In this document: one piece after another, positions 46,022-57,200 of the stretch
Layout: each line of letters starts with the position of its first letter
Numbering within the stretch: the stretch's first letter is position 1
Source of the DNA: Thermoanaerobaculia bacterium
GTDB taxonomy: Bacteria > Acidobacteriota > Thermoanaerobaculia > Multivoradales > UBA5704
Direction: 5' to 3'
Assembly (NCBI GenBank): GCA_035308185.1
Contig: DATGHG010000502.1
Location: forward strand, 1-62,996
DNA: 62,996 bases
Program-made: the position numbers and the translations under genes
The notes under the pieces: generated by a model
The model's input: the letters and a program-made list of their open reading frames with translations, nothing else
Database searches by the model: none
What the model was told of the DNA's origin: nothing

Positions 46022-46591
46022 TCAAGGAGCGCCCAGGACGGCTTGCTTGAAGTCCTCGCCGGGTCCCGGGTGGGATCCGATCCAGGTGGCGAGGATGGCG
46101 TCGGCGGTGGCCTTGCCGGGGATCGTGCCCTTGGCCTTGCCGTTGACCTCGACCTTGGTGCCCTGGCCGGGGAGGTAGGTCAGCGCCATCTCGTTGCCCT
46201 TCGGGATCTCTTCCATGTAACCGCAGAGCGTCGTGAAACCGGCCTTGACCTCGGCGCCGGCGGTTGGCGTGTTGTCGGCAAGACCCTCCTTCCAGGCATC
46301 GCACATCTGCTGGGCGGAGACGCCGTAGAGGAAGTGGAAGGCCATGCGCCGCGGCGCATCGGCGGCCATGACCTTGGCCGGCGACCGCTCCTTGGCGGGC
46401 AGGTACAGGGCGCCAACGTATACTTTGACGAAGAACTTTTTGCGCAGCCCCAGGCCGTCCAGCACCAATGCCTGACCGCCGGCATCGACGCGGTCGGGCA
46501 TGGTGACGTCGGCGAGGGTCGCGGCGGCGGCCGGCGGCGCCGGAACCAGGGCCAGGGTGGTGAGCAGGGCGCCCAGCAACAGCTTTCGCAT
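46022..46591 (-). CDS. Chalcone-isomerase-like family secreted protein
   Basis: Signal peptide MRKLLLGALLTTLALVPAPPAAA, then GLGLRKKFFVKVYVGALYLP. Confidence 0.8.
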   Translation of the reverse strand: MRKLLLGALLTTLALVPAPPAAAATLADVTMPDRVDAGGQALVLDGLGLRKKFFVKVYVGALYLPAKERSPAKVMAADAPRRMAFHFLYGVSAQQMCDAWKEGLADNTPTAGAEVKAGFTTLCGYMEEIPKGNEMALTYLPGQGTKVEVNGKAKGTIPGKATADAILATWIGSHPGPGEDFKQAVLGAP

Positions 46592-46760
46592 CGCGAGTCC
46601 TCCCGCTGAGAAGGGGTCTGGCTTGCGCACCAGAGCGTCCGGAGTCTAGCCCAATCGGGGAGGCGCCCCGCCCGGCGGCACCGCGGGGCTTGAACTCGGC
46701 TCGCGGCCCCGCGTATCACGCTGCATCCCGGGAACGGCCCGTCGCGGCCCCGGATCTGAG

Positions 46761-47375
46761 ATGATGCCGACCGATGCCGAGCTGGTGGCGAGCTCCCTGC
46801 GGGGCTCGGACGACGCGTTCCGGGACCTGGTGGTACGCTTCGAGCGGCCCGTCTACGCCCTGATCCTGCGCATGGTCCGCGATCCGGAGACGGCGGAGGA
46901 CCTGGCGCAGGAGGTGTTCGTCAAGGCCTACCGGCACCTTGGCTCCTATGACCCGCGGCGCAAGTTCGCGAGCTGGTTGTTCAAGGTCGCGCACAACACC
47001 ACGATCGATCACCTGCGGCGCGCCGAGCTCGACACCGTGCCGCTGGCGGCGGACAACGACGAGGGTGGCGGGCTGCTGGCGGTGCTCGCCGATCCCGCCG
47101 CCGAGAGCCCGGCGGCGGCGACCGAGCGGCACGGCATGGCCCGGGCGCTCGAGCGCGCCATCGCCGGCCTGCGCCCCGAGTACCGCGAGGCGGTCGTGCT
47201 GCGCTATGTCGAGGGCTTGACCTACCAGGAGATCTGCGAGGTGCTGAGGCTGCCGGAAGGTACGGTCAAGACCAACCTGCACCGCGCCCGCAAGGAGCTG
47301 GCCGCGGCGATGCGGGCCGCGGGGTGGGGACCGGTGGCCGCGGTTGCAGAAACTCTCCCGCGCGAGGAGCCGTAG
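46761..47375 (+). CDS. ECF (sigma-70 family) RNA polymerase sigma factor
   Basis: Region 2 EDLAQEVFVKAYRHL..WLFKVAHNTTIDHLRR. Region 4 YREAVVLRYVEGLTYQEICEVLRLPEGTVKTNLHRAR. Confidence 0.92.
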   Translation: MMPTDAELVASSLRGSDDAFRDLVVRFERPVYALILRMVRDPETAEDLAQEVFVKAYRHLGSYDPRRKFASWLFKVAHNTTIDHLRRAELDTVPLAADNDEGGGLLAVLADPAAESPAAATERHGMARALERAIAGLRPEYREAVVLRYVEGLTYQEICEVLRLPEGTVKTNLHRARKELAAAMRAAGWGPVAAVAETLPREEP

Positions 47376-47412
47376 GGTGGAGGGAGCAGGAAGTGACGAT
47401 CGCGTGACGGCC

Positions 47413-48021
47413 ATGCCCTTCGACGAACCCCAAACCGACGCCCTGAACCGCTGGCTGGCCGCCGAGCGATCCGGCCTCGACTCCGACTCCGAGGCGGCGT
47501 TGGCCGAGCTGCTCGGCGGGTTGCCGCGGCCGGCGCCGCCGGCCGGCTTCGCCGACCGCGTGCTGGCGCGGGCCCGGCCGCGGGCCGCCGCGCCCCGCGC
47601 CTGGCGCTGGCGATGGGTGCCGGCGCGCGGCGGCGCGGTGGGCTGGGCGGCAGCTGCCACGATCGCGGCGCTGGTGTCGCTGCTCGGACTGCTGGCCGCG
47701 CGCCTGGCGCCGGTGAGCTCGCTCAAGCCCCTGCATCCCTTGGCGCCGGCGGCGGTCCGGGCCATGCTCGACGCCGCCAACGTCGCCGCGGTGCTGCAGG
47801 CCGGGATCCATACCGTCGTGGCCCTCGGCGAATGGCTGGCGGCCACGGTCGTCTTCGCCAACCAGCTGCTGCTTCTGGTCAGGGCGGTGGCGGAGCCGCT
47901 CGCGACCCTCCCCGTCGCGGCCCTGACCGGCGGCTGCCTGCTGGTCTCCGCCCTTGCCCTGCGGTTTCTGTACGACCTCATCCAACGTGACAGGAGGTGG
48001 GTCTATGTGGACCCCATCTGA
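47413..48021 (+). CDS. Putative membrane anti-sigma factor / hypothetical membrane protein
   Basis: Lies immediately downstream of the ECF sigma gene and has several TM helices. No zinc-finger anti-sigma motif seen. Confidence 0.5.
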   Translation: MPFDEPQTDALNRWLAAERSGLDSDSEAALAELLGGLPRPAPPAGFADRVLARARPRAAAPRAWRWRWVPARGGAVGWAAAATIAALVSLLGLLAARLAPVSSLKPLHPLAPAAVRAMLDAANVAAVLQAGIHTVVALGEWLAATVVFANQLLLLVRAVAEPLATLPVAALTGGCLLVSALALRFLYDLIQRDRRWVYVDPI

Positions 48022-49765
48022 TCGTTCTGCCCGCGCCGGCCGTGCCGCGGCGCGCGCTTGCCGCCGCTGGCTGCCCCTGCTGGCCTTTGTCGTGGTCGCC
48101 GTCGTGCCCGGCGCCGGTGCGCTGGCCGGGTCGGCGCGCGCCGCGTCGCTGTCGGCCGCCGCCAGCCGCGAGCTGCGCCAGCAGATCGAACAGCTGTACC
48201 GGGTGTCGAGCGTCCACAACGGCGTCCTCCTTCGGCCGCGCGGCGAGCGGGAAGGCATCAACGAGGTCGAGGTCAGCGGCGATTCGATCCTGGTCAACGG
48301 CGCCCGTGTCCCGACCGCGACGGTGCGCGAATGGCTCCGCGATGCCGGCGCCGCCCAGCTGTTGCGGCTGCTCGAGCTGCCGCCCGCCGAGCGCCAGGCG
48401 CTCTTCGACCTGCCGCGGGACGCGGCGCCGGCGTCTCCGGCCGCCGGCGCGCCCGGCGCCGGCGGTGCCTCGCCTGCCACCGCCGCCGGCGGTGCCGGCG
48501 TCGCCGGGGAGGCCGACCAGGGAGCCGGCCGCGGCTTGCCGTCGATCCCGTCGATCCCGTCGATCCCGTCCGTGCCGACGGTGCCGCCGGTGGCGATCGA
48601 GCCGCCGGAACCGCCGGAGCCGCCGGAGATGCCGGCGACGCCGGCGCTGCCGATGGTGGTGAACTCCGGCAGCCGCGTCATGTTCGGTCACCCGGTGACG
48701 GTGCGGAAGAACGAGGTCGCCGAGTCGGTGGTCACCATCGGCGGCGCCGTGCACATCGACGGCGGGGTGAGTCGCGACGTGGCGGCGGTGGGCGGCTCGG
48801 TGCGGGTCAACGGGCATGTCGGCGGCAGCGTCAAGGCTTTCGGCGGCAACGTCCATCTCGGTCCGCATGCCGAGGTGATGGGCGACGTGGCGGCGCTCGG
48901 CGGCACCGTGGTGCGCGACCCCGGGGCGTTGGTTCACGGCAGCATCTCCGACGTCGGCAACATGGCACCTTGGGGCCACACCGACGACGACTGGGACGAC
49001 AGCTGGCTGACGCTGGCGCCGCTGGGTCACTCGCTGCACCTGTTCTGGTCGCTGGCCGGGCTGCTGCTGCTGCTGCTGGCGGTGACGCTGGTGGTGCTGC
49101 TGGCGCCGGGAGCTCTCGAACAGGTGCGGGTGCGGGTCGCCGACGAACCCTGGACGGCGGCCGCGGCGGGGTTCCTGGGTCAGATCCTGGTGGGACCGGC
49201 GCTGGTGGCGCTGGTGGTGGTGCTGATCATCTCGATCATCGGCTGCCTGTTGCTGGCGCTGGTGCCATTCCTGATCCTGGCGCTGCTGATCGCCGGGCTG
49301 GTGGGCTTCGCCGGTGTCTCCTACCAGGCGGGACGGCTGCTCGAAGAGCGGTTCAACGTTCACTTCGGTGGCGCCTACCTCGCCACCATGGTGGGCGTTC
49401 TGGTGATCGAGGCGCCCACCTTCCTGGGACACCTGCTGGCCGTCGGCGGCGGGCTGTTTCACATCCCCGCGACGATGTTCGTGATCTTCGGCCTGCTGCT
49501 CCGCTACCTGGCCTGGACCGTGGGCTTCGGCGCGGCGATCCTGACCGCCTTCGCCAACCGGCCGCAGCGCCTGCGCCGCCGGGGGCAGCCGGGGCCGGTC
49601 GCGCCGTCGGGGGCGCCGCCGCCGTCGCCTACCCCGCCCACCCCGCCCACCCCGCCCGCACGGCCCCTGGCCGGCACCTTCGAGCCGCCGGCGGCATCCG
49701 GTGCTGCCCCGGCGCCGCCGGCCGCGGCTGGCGACGTGGGGCCGCCGCCGCCGGCCGTGCCCTGA
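48005..49765 (+). CDS. Membrane protein with a bactofilin-like (polymer-forming) beta-helical repeat region
   Basis: The ATG overlaps the end of the previous gene. VTIGGAVHIDGGVSRDVAAVGGSVRVNGHVGGSVKAFGGNVHLGPHAEVMGDVAALGGTV. About 5 TM helices and Pro-rich segments. Confidence 0.6.
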   Translation: MWTPSDRSARAGRAAARACRRWLPLLAFVVVAVVPGAGALAGSARAASLSAAASRELRQQIEQLYRVSSVHNGVLLRPRGEREGINEVEVSGDSILVNGARVPTATVREWLRDAGAAQLLRLLELPPAERQALFDLPRDAAPASPAAGAPGAGGASPATAAGGAGVAGEADQGAGRGLPSIPSIPSIPSVPTVPPVAIEPPEPPEPPEMPATPALPMVVNSGSRVMFGHPVTVRKNEVAESVVTIGGAVHIDGGVSRDVAAVGGSVRVNGHVGGSVKAFGGNVHLGPHAEVMGDVAALGGTVVRDPGALVHGSISDVGNMAPWGHTDDDWDDSWLTLAPLGHSLHLFWSLAGLLLLLLAVTLVVLLAPGALEQVRVRVADEPWTAAAAGFLGQILVGPALVALVVVLIISIIGCLLLALVPFLILALLIAGLVGFAGVSYQAGRLLEERFNVHFGGAYLATMVGVLVIEAPTFLGHLLAVGGGLFHIPATMFVIFGLLLRYLAWTVGFGAAILTAFANRPQRLRRRGQPGPVAPSGAPPPSPTPPTPPTPPARPLAGTFEPPAASGAAPAPPAAAGDVGPPPPAVP

Positions 49766-49805
49766 GACGGCTGGTCGGTGGCGGCCGGCATTGCGGAGCC
49801 GAGAC

Positions 49806-51431
49806 TCAACCGGTGCGTTCGAAGATCGCTTGGACCTTTTCGATCAGCGCCGACAGGGTAAACGGCTTTTCCAGCAGCTGCGAACCCGCCGGCAGGACGT
49901 TCCTGCTGCCGGCCGCTCTCTCGAAGTAGCCCGACATGAAGAGCACGCGCGTCTCCGGCCGGACCGCGGTGAGCCGCGAGGCGAGCTCGGGACCGCTGCA
50001 CCCCGGCAGTGTGATGTCGGTGAGCAGGAGATCGAGCGGACCGCGCAGCTCGCTGGCCAGCGACAGCGCGGCCAGTGCGTCCGGCGCGTCGTACACGGTG
50101 TAGCCGCCGCGTTCGAGGGCGGCGCGAATCAAGCGGCGCAAGGTCGCCTCGTCCTCGACGATCAGCACCGTTTCCGAGCCCTTCCTGTCGCTCCGGGGCA
50201 CCGCGGGCGCGCTCGCCCCGCGCTCCGGTTCGAGATCCACGCGGGGGAAATAGACCCTGAAGGTCGTACCCCGGCCAGGCTCGCTGTGCACGTCGATGTG
50301 GCCGCCGCTTTGATGGACGATCCCATAGACGGTGGCCAGACCCAGGCCGGTGCCCCTGCCTTGCTCCTTGGTGGTGAAGAAGGGCTCGAAGATCTGGGTG
50401 CGAGTTTCCGGGTCCATGCCGTGGCCGGTGTCGCTCAGCGTGATCATCACGTGGGGTCCGACACGGGCGTCGGGCTGCTCCTCGGCATCGGCCGCGGTGA
50501 CTTCGACCGGTGCGGTCTCGAGGATCAGCTTGCCGCCCTCCGGCATGGCGTCGCGCGCATTGACCGCCAGATTGACGATGATCTGCTCGACATGGCCGGG
50601 ATGCAGCAGCGCCTGACCGGCGTTGGCGTCCAATGACGTGACCAGCTGGATCTCTTCGCCGATGAGCTGGCGCAACATGTCCACGACATCCACGATCACC
50701 GCATTGAGGTCGATGACCGCGGGTTGCAGCGCCTGGTTGCGACTGAAGGCCAGGAGCTGACGGGTGAGCGCTCCCGCCCGCTCGGCGGCCTTGCGAATCT
50801 CGTCGAGGTCGCGCAGATCGGCCGGCGCTGGGAGGCGGCCGGCCAGCAGGTCGGAGTAGCCGAGGATCGCGGTAAGGAGGTTGTTGAAATCGTGGGCGAT
50901 GCCGCCGGCAAGCCGACCCACGGCCTCCATCCTTTGGGCCTGGAGGTACCGTTCCGCGAGCCGTTTCCTTTCGCTGACGTCGGTGACGATTTCCAGCCAG
51001 GCTCGCCGCCTGCCCAGGGTGATGGGGCTGACCGAGAGCTCGACGTCGAGGAGCGTGCCGTCCCGCCGCCGGCGCTGTCGCACTCGCGGCAGGCCAAATG
51101 CCTTCAGGTCCCGGTCCCAGCCTCGGCTCGCGACGAGGTCGTCGTGGGCGGCGGCCCCCTGGGGCGGCTGCAGGTCGCTGGTCGTCATCGCCAGGAATTC
51201 GTGGCGGGAGTAGCCATACTGAGAGACCGCGGCCTCGTTGACGGCAAGAAAGCGCAGCGTCGAGTCGTCATAGACCCACATCGGTTGCGGGTTGTGGTCG
51301 AACAGCAGCCGGTACTGTTCCTTGCTCTGCTCGAGGCGTCGCTGCGCCTGCCGCAGAGCGCCCTCGGCGGCGCGCTGCTTGGTGAGGTCGTTACTGCCGA
51401 GCATCTTGTAGATCCCCTTCCATAACAGCAT
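49806..51431 (-). CDS. Hybrid PAS sensor histidine kinase / response regulator
   Basis: PAS-like N-terminus. His[21 protein letters not shown]. HATPase [14 protein letters not shown]-terminal receiver [22 protein letters not shown]. Confidence 0.92.
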   Translation of the reverse strand: MLLWKGIYKMLGSNDLTKQRAAEGALRQAQRRLEQSKEQYRLLFDHNPQPMWVYDDSTLRFLAVNEAAVSQYGYSRHEFLAMTTSDLQPPQGAAAHDDLVASRGWDRDLKAFGLPRVRQRRRRDGTLLDVELSVSPITLGRRRAWLEIVTDVSERKRLAERYLQAQRMEAVGRLAGGIAHDFNNLLTAILGYSDLLAGRLPAPADLRDLDEIRKAAERAGALTRQLLAFSRNQALQPAVIDLNAVIVDVVDMLRQLIGEEIQLVTSLDANAGQALLHPGHVEQIIVNLAVNARDAMPEGGKLILETAPVEVTAADAEEQPDARVGPHVMITLSDTGHGMDPETRTQIFEPFFTTKEQGRGTGLGLATVYGIVHQSGGHIDVHSEPGRGTTFRVYFPRVDLEPERGASAPAVPRSDRKGSETVLIVEDEATLRRLIRAALERGGYTVYDAPDALAALSLASELRGPLDLLLTDITLPGCSGPELASRLTAVRPETRVLFMSGYFERAAGSRNVLPAGSQLLEKPFTLSALIEKVQAIFERTG

Positions 51432-51555
51432 AGACTTGAATCATAATAGCGTCAATGCTGTATTATCTCTTCCGGCAATAAAGCCGTAAGTCGCGACACG
51501 ATAGAGGAGCCGTGGCCTGAGTTGGTGATTGACTTTGTGAGAATTCCCATCTAGA

Positions 51556-51590
51556 ATTGGCGATAGAGCTAATATTGGCGATAAGGCTAA
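51556..51590. promoter_or_regulatory. Two 17-nt direct repeats (ATTGGCGATAGAGCTAA / ATTGGCGATAAGGCTAA) just upstream of the RBS
   Basis: Copies at 51556-51572 and 51574-51590, then AAGGAGG at 51594-51600 and ATG 51606. They share the ATTGGCGAT core with 43204-43240. Confidence 0.6.
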
Positions 51591-51605
51591 CTGAAGGAGG
51601 TGGGA

Positions 51606-52400
51606 ATGGACTTCAAGCGCTTGACCATCTTGGCCTTAGGCTCCGCCGCGCTCCTCGCGGGACCGTCGGCCTTTGCGCAGCAGTTGAGCACATTCGCGGT
51701 GCTGGGTGGCTCGACGGTGACCAACACGGCAACGCCGACGATCGTCACGGGCAACCTGGGCGTCAGCCCGGGAAGCGCGGTCACCGGCTTTCCTCCGGGT
51801 ATCGTGATCGGCGGGACGATCCACGCCGCCGACGCGGTCGCGGCCCAGGCGCAGAGCGACCTCACGACCGAGTACAACATCCTGACGAACACGGCGTGCA
51901 ACACCGACTTGACCGGGCAGGATCTTGGCGGCAAGACGCTGACGCCGGGCGTCTACTGCTTTTCGACCTCGGCCCAGCTGACGGGAACGCTGACCCTGGA
52001 CGCGCAGGGCGACTCGAATGCCGTCTTTATCTTCAAGATTGGCAGCACGCTCACCAGCGCCAGCGCGTCGTCCGTGCTCCTGATCAACGGCGCATCCAGC
52101 TGCGGCGTGTTCTGGCAGGTAGGCAGCTCCGCGACCCTGGGCACCGGCACCGCGTTGGCGGGCACCATCGTCGCGCTCACCAGCATCACCCTCGATACCA
52201 GCGCCAGCCTCAGCGGCAGGGCCTTGGCGCGCAACGGTGCCGTGACGCTGGACGACAGCAACGTCACCGTCTGTAGCGGCGGCCCCGGCTTGCCGCTTCC
52301 TGAGGCGGCGGTTCCGACACTCTCGGGGTGGGCGATGGTCGTGCTGGTTGGACTCGTGGCCTGGTCTGGCCTGGCGGCGATGCGCCGGCGAGCTAGCTGA
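51606..52400 (+). CDS. DUF3494 (ice-binding-like) family protein with an IPTL-CTERM-type sorting tail
   Basis: Signal peptide. FAVLGGSTVTNTATPTIVTGNLGVSPGSAVTGFPPG is typical DUF3494. The C-terminal VPTLSGWAMVVLVGLVAWSGLAAMRRR resembles the IPTL-CTERM motif. Confidence 0.85.
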   Translation: MDFKRLTILALGSAALLAGPSAFAQQLSTFAVLGGSTVTNTATPTIVTGNLGVSPGSAVTGFPPGIVIGGTIHAADAVAAQAQSDLTTEYNILTNTACNTDLTGQDLGGKTLTPGVYCFSTSAQLTGTLTLDAQGDSNAVFIFKIGSTLTSASASSVLLINGASSCGVFWQVGSSATLGTGTALAGTIVALTSITLDTSASLSGRALARNGAVTLDDSNVTVCSGGPGLPLPEAAVPTLSGWAMVVLVGLVAWSGLAAMRRRAS

Positions 52401-54693
52401 CTCCCGACGGGCTGGCCAGGCGCTCGGCCAGGCGGCTGAAGCGCTTCTGCATGCGGCGGTTGGCGACCGCGGTCGCCAGCGCTCGGTACTCGCCGACCAG
52501 CACCGCCAGGCGCTTGGCGCGGGTGATGCCGGTGTAGAGCAGGTTGCGCTGCAACATCACGTAGTGTTGGGTGTGCAGCGGGATGACGACGCATGGGTAC
52601 TCGCTGCCCTGCGCCTTGTGGATGGAGCAGGCGTAGGCCAGCGCCAGCTCGTCGATCGCGGCCAGCTCGTAGAGCACCTCGCGGCCATCGAACATCACCT
52701 GTAGGCGCTGCTCCTCGTCGTCGATGCCGGTGACGCGGCCGATGTCGCCGTTCCAGACCTCCAGGTCGTAGTTGTTGCGGACCTGCATGACCTTGTCGCC
52801 GATCCGCAGGGTATGAGTACCGCGGGTGAGGCTCCGGCCGTGCGGATTGAGCGCCTCACGCAGCACGGCGTTGAGGTTGGCCGAGCCCAGCAGGCCGCGC
52901 TTCATCGGCGTCAAGACCTGGATCTGCTCGACCGCGTCCAGGCCGAAGCGGGCCGGGATGCGCCGCGTCACCAACTGCACCAGGGTCCGCAGCGCCTCCT
53001 CGGGGTCGCGGCGCTCGACGAAGAAGAAATCGCCCTCCTTGTCGATCGATTCGAGCACCGGCATCTCGCCGCTCTGCACGCGGTGGGCGTTGACCACGAT
53101 CAGACTGCGCTCGGCCTGACGGTAGATCTCGGTCAGCCTCACCACCTCGACCGCCGCCGAGCGGATCAGGTCGGCCAAGACCTGGCCGGGCCCCACCGAG
53201 GGCAGCTGGTCGATGTCGCCCACCAGCACCAGGCGACCGTCGTCGGGTACCGCCCGCAGCAGGTGGTAGGCCAGCACCGCGTCGATCATCGAGGCCTCGT
53301 CGACGATCAACAGGTCGCAGGCGAGCGGCCGCTCGCGGTTGCGATCGAAGGCCCGGCTCAGGGGATTGAGCTCGAGCAGGCGATGAATGGTGCTGGCGGC
53401 ATCGCCGGTCGCCTCCGCCAGACGCTTCGCCGCGCGCCCGGTGGGGGCGGCGAGCAGGACCCGCTGGCCCTTGCGGGTCAGGATCTTGACCAGCCCGCGC
53501 ACGAGCGTCGTCTTGCCGGTCCCCGGGCCGCCGGTGATCACCAGCAGCTTGCGGGTGAGCCCGGCGCGGATCGCCTGGCGCTGCTCGCGGGCCAGGGTCA
53601 GGCGCTCGCCCTTCTCGAACCAGGCGAGCGCGCGCTCGACGTCGATCTCGAGCGGCAGCGACGCCTGCGCCAGCAGGCTCCGCACCCGCGCCGCCACGCC
53701 GGTCTCGGCGGCGTGCAGCGGCTTGAGGTAAACGGCCTGGTCGCCGCCATCCCCGCGATCACCGCCATCCTCGCCGACACCGCCCACCCCGGCGCCAGGG
53801 TCCGCGCCGGCAGCGGGCTCGGCGGCGGCGAGGGTCTCGACCTCCACCTGGTCAGCGGCGGCGAGCGCCGTCACCGCCGCATCCACCGGCCCCGGCCCCG
53901 CTCCCAGCAGGCGGTCCGCCTCTTCGACCAGCCGGCGGCGCGGCAGGTAGAGGTGGCCGCGGTCCGCCGCCTCGCCCAGCACGTGCAGCGCGCCGGCCGC
54001 CAGCCGCTGCGGGGCGAGGCGCGAGATGCCGAGCGAGGCGGCGATACGGTCGGCGGTCGCAAAGCCGATGCCGTGCACGTCGATGGCCAGCCGGTAGGGG
54101 TTGTCGCGCACCCAGCGCACCGCGGCGCTGCCGTAGCTCTTGTAGATCTTGATCGCGTAGCTGGTGGAGACGCCGTGCGACTGCAGGAAGACCATGACCT
54201 CCTTGATGTCGCGCTGCTCGTCCCAGGCGCGCCGGATGTCGGCGCTGCGCTTGGGGCCGATCCCTTCGACCTCCTGCAGCCGCTGCGGCTGACCCTCGAT
54301 GACCTCCAGGGTCGCGAGGCCGAAGGCCGCCACCAGGCGGGAGGCCATCACCTTGCCGATGCCGCGGATCAGGCCGGAGCCCAGGTAGCGCTCGATGCCT
54401 TTGACCGTGGCCGGCACCACCGTGGCATAGGAGGTGACCCGGAACTGGCGGCCGTGGCGGGGGTCCTCGATCCAGGAGCCGGTCAGGCGCAGGCTCTCGC
54501 CGGGCTGCACGCCGAGCAGGTTGCCGACCGCCGTCGCCGGCTCGCGCGCGCCGGCGACCGCCAGGCGCACGACGCTCCAGGCATTCTCCTCGTTGGCGAA
54601 GACCACCCGCTCGAGAGTGCCCTCGAGCACCTCGGGCCCGTCGGCGACGGGTCCTGTGAAGGGGCCTGGATCTGGCTGGGGCATCGCCTCCAT
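52393..54693 (-). CDS. recD2: RecD2-type SF1B ATP-dependent DNA helicase
   Basis: In-frame ATG 54693 (MEAMPQ). ITGGPGTGKTT, LLIVDEASMID, VGDIDQLPSVGPG, ACSIHKAQGSEYPCVV. Confidence 0.92.
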   Translation of the reverse strand: MEAMPQPDPGPFTGPVADGPEVLEGTLERVVFANEENAWSVVRLAVAGAREPATAVGNLLGVQPGESLRLTGSWIEDPRHGRQFRVTSYATVVPATVKGIERYLGSGLIRGIGKVMASRLVAAFGLATLEVIEGQPQRLQEVEGIGPKRSADIRRAWDEQRDIKEVMVFLQSHGVSTSYAIKIYKSYGSAAVRWVRDNPYRLAIDVHGIGFATADRIAASLGISRLAPQRLAAGALHVLGEAADRGHLYLPRRRLVEEADRLLGAGPGPVDAAVTALAAADQVEVETLAAAEPAAGADPGAGVGGVGEDGGDRGDGGDQAVYLKPLHAAETGVAARVRSLLAQASLPLEIDVERALAWFEKGERLTLAREQRQAIRAGLTRKLLVITGGPGTGKTTLVRGLVKILTRKGQRVLLAAPTGRAAKRLAEATGDAASTIHRLLELNPLSRAFDRNRERPLACDLLIVDEASMIDAVLAYHLLRAVPDDGRLVLVGDIDQLPSVGPGQVLADLIRSAAVEVVRLTEIYRQAERSLIVVNAHRVQSGEMPVLESIDKEGDFFFVERRDPEEALRTLVQLVTRRIPARFGLDAVEQIQVLTPMKRGLLGSANLNAVLREALNPHGRSLTRGTHTLRIGDKVMQVRNNYDLEVWNGDIGRVTGIDDEEQRLQVMFDGREVLYELAAIDELALAYACSIHKAQGSEYPCVVIPLHTQHYVMLQRNLLYTGITRAKRLAVLVGEYRALATAVANRRMQKRFSRLAERLASPSGVS

Positions 54694-54723
54694 CCTATCG
54701 GGACTTGCCCGGAATGTGCCAAA

Positions 54724-56127
<1,404 letters not shown>

Positions 56128-56141
56128 TCCGAGGAGAGCGG

Positions 56142-56357
56142 ATGGAACTACCGGCCGAGGTGTTGATCCACAACGAGGTGATGAGCTTCAAGGGCATCAT
56201 GGGCACGCTGATCACGGTGAGCCCCGACGGCTACTACGAGATCAACTGCCGGTTCGGCGAGCGCCTGCACCGCACCCTGTTCCCGATCCAGAGCACCGTG
56301 CTGATCGCCCGCGAGCCGGAGGAGGCGCTGGTCTCCGACCTGGAGATCGAGCGCTAG
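56142..56357 (+). CDS. Small hypothetical protein (71 aa)
   Basis: ATG 56142 is preceded by GGAGAG. Coding-like codon bias. No family recognised. Confidence 0.45.
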   Translation: MELPAEVLIHNEVMSFKGIMGTLITVSPDGYYEINCRFGERLHRTLFPIQSTVLIAREPEEALVSDLEIER

Positions 56358-56365
56358 TGTCTTAA

Positions 56366-57166
56366 GTGCCGGTCAGGCTGTCGCTCAACGTCGACCACGT
56401 GGCGACGCTGCGCCAGGCGCGCCGCGCCCCTTATCCGGATCCGGTCGAGGCCGCCCGGCTGGCCGAGGCGGCGGGGGCGGCCGGCATCACCGCCCACGTG
56501 CGCGCCGACCGCCGCCACATCCAGGACGCCGACGTCGAGCGGCTGCGCGCCGCGGTGCGCGGCAAGCTCAACCTGGAGCTGGCGGCGACTCCCGAGATGA
56601 TGACCCTGGCCGCCGCCGTGCGGCCGGACCAGGTGACCCTGGTGCCCGAGCGGCCCGAGGAGATCACCACCGAGGGTGGCCTGGACCTGGTGCGGCAGCA
56701 GGAACAGGTGGCGGCGGCGGCCGAGCGCCTGGCCCGGGCCGGCATCGCGGTCTCGGCATTCGTCGATCCCGACGCACAGCAGATCGAGATCCTCGCCCGG
56801 CTCGCCGGCGGCGGTGGTACCGGTGGTGCCGGCGGCGGCCGGTCTCGCCCGCCCGGCGCGCCGCCGCGAATCGCCGGGATCGAGCTCAACACCGACGCCT
56901 ACACCAAGGCGGCGCTCGCCGGCGAGCCCGCGGCGGTGGAGCGCGAGCTGCGCCAGCTGCGCGCGGCGGCGGCGCTGGCCCGCGAGCGCGGCTTCCATCT
57001 CTATGCCGGCCACGGCCTGACCGTCGCCAGCGTCGGCGCGGTCGCGGCGCTCCCTGGTATGGAGGAGCTCAACATCGGCCATGCCCTGATCGCGCGCGCC
57101 GTCATCGTCGGCATCCCCGGTGCGGTGCGGGAGATGCTGGCCGCGATGGGCGATCGACAGGGGTAG
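56366..57166 (+). CDS. pdxJ: Pyridoxine 5'-phosphate synthase
   Basis: LSLNVDHVATLRQARRAPYPDPV, GITAHVRADRRHIQD, ELNIGHALI. Contains a Gly-rich insert (GGGGTGGAGGGRSRPPGAPP). Confidence 0.9.
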   Translation: MPVRLSLNVDHVATLRQARRAPYPDPVEAARLAEAAGAAGITAHVRADRRHIQDADVERLRAAVRGKLNLELAATPEMMTLAAAVRPDQVTLVPERPEEITTEGGLDLVRQQEQVAAAAERLARAGIAVSAFVDPDAQQIEILARLAGGGGTGGAGGGRSRPPGAPPRIAGIELNTDAYTKAALAGEPAAVERELRQLRAAAALARERGFHLYAGHGLTVASVGAVAALPGMEELNIGHALIARAVIVGIPGAVREMLAAMGDRQG

Positions 57167-57200
57167 GAGGCGGGGTGCCGGAGGTGACGCGCGCGCGGCG

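Noticed and set aside
52813-54723. The 5' two-thirds of the 1104-aa plus-strand ORF 52813..56127.
   Set aside because: It is antisense to the recD2 helicase, which has clear motifs. The real gene is the NtrC-family regulator starting at ATG 54724.
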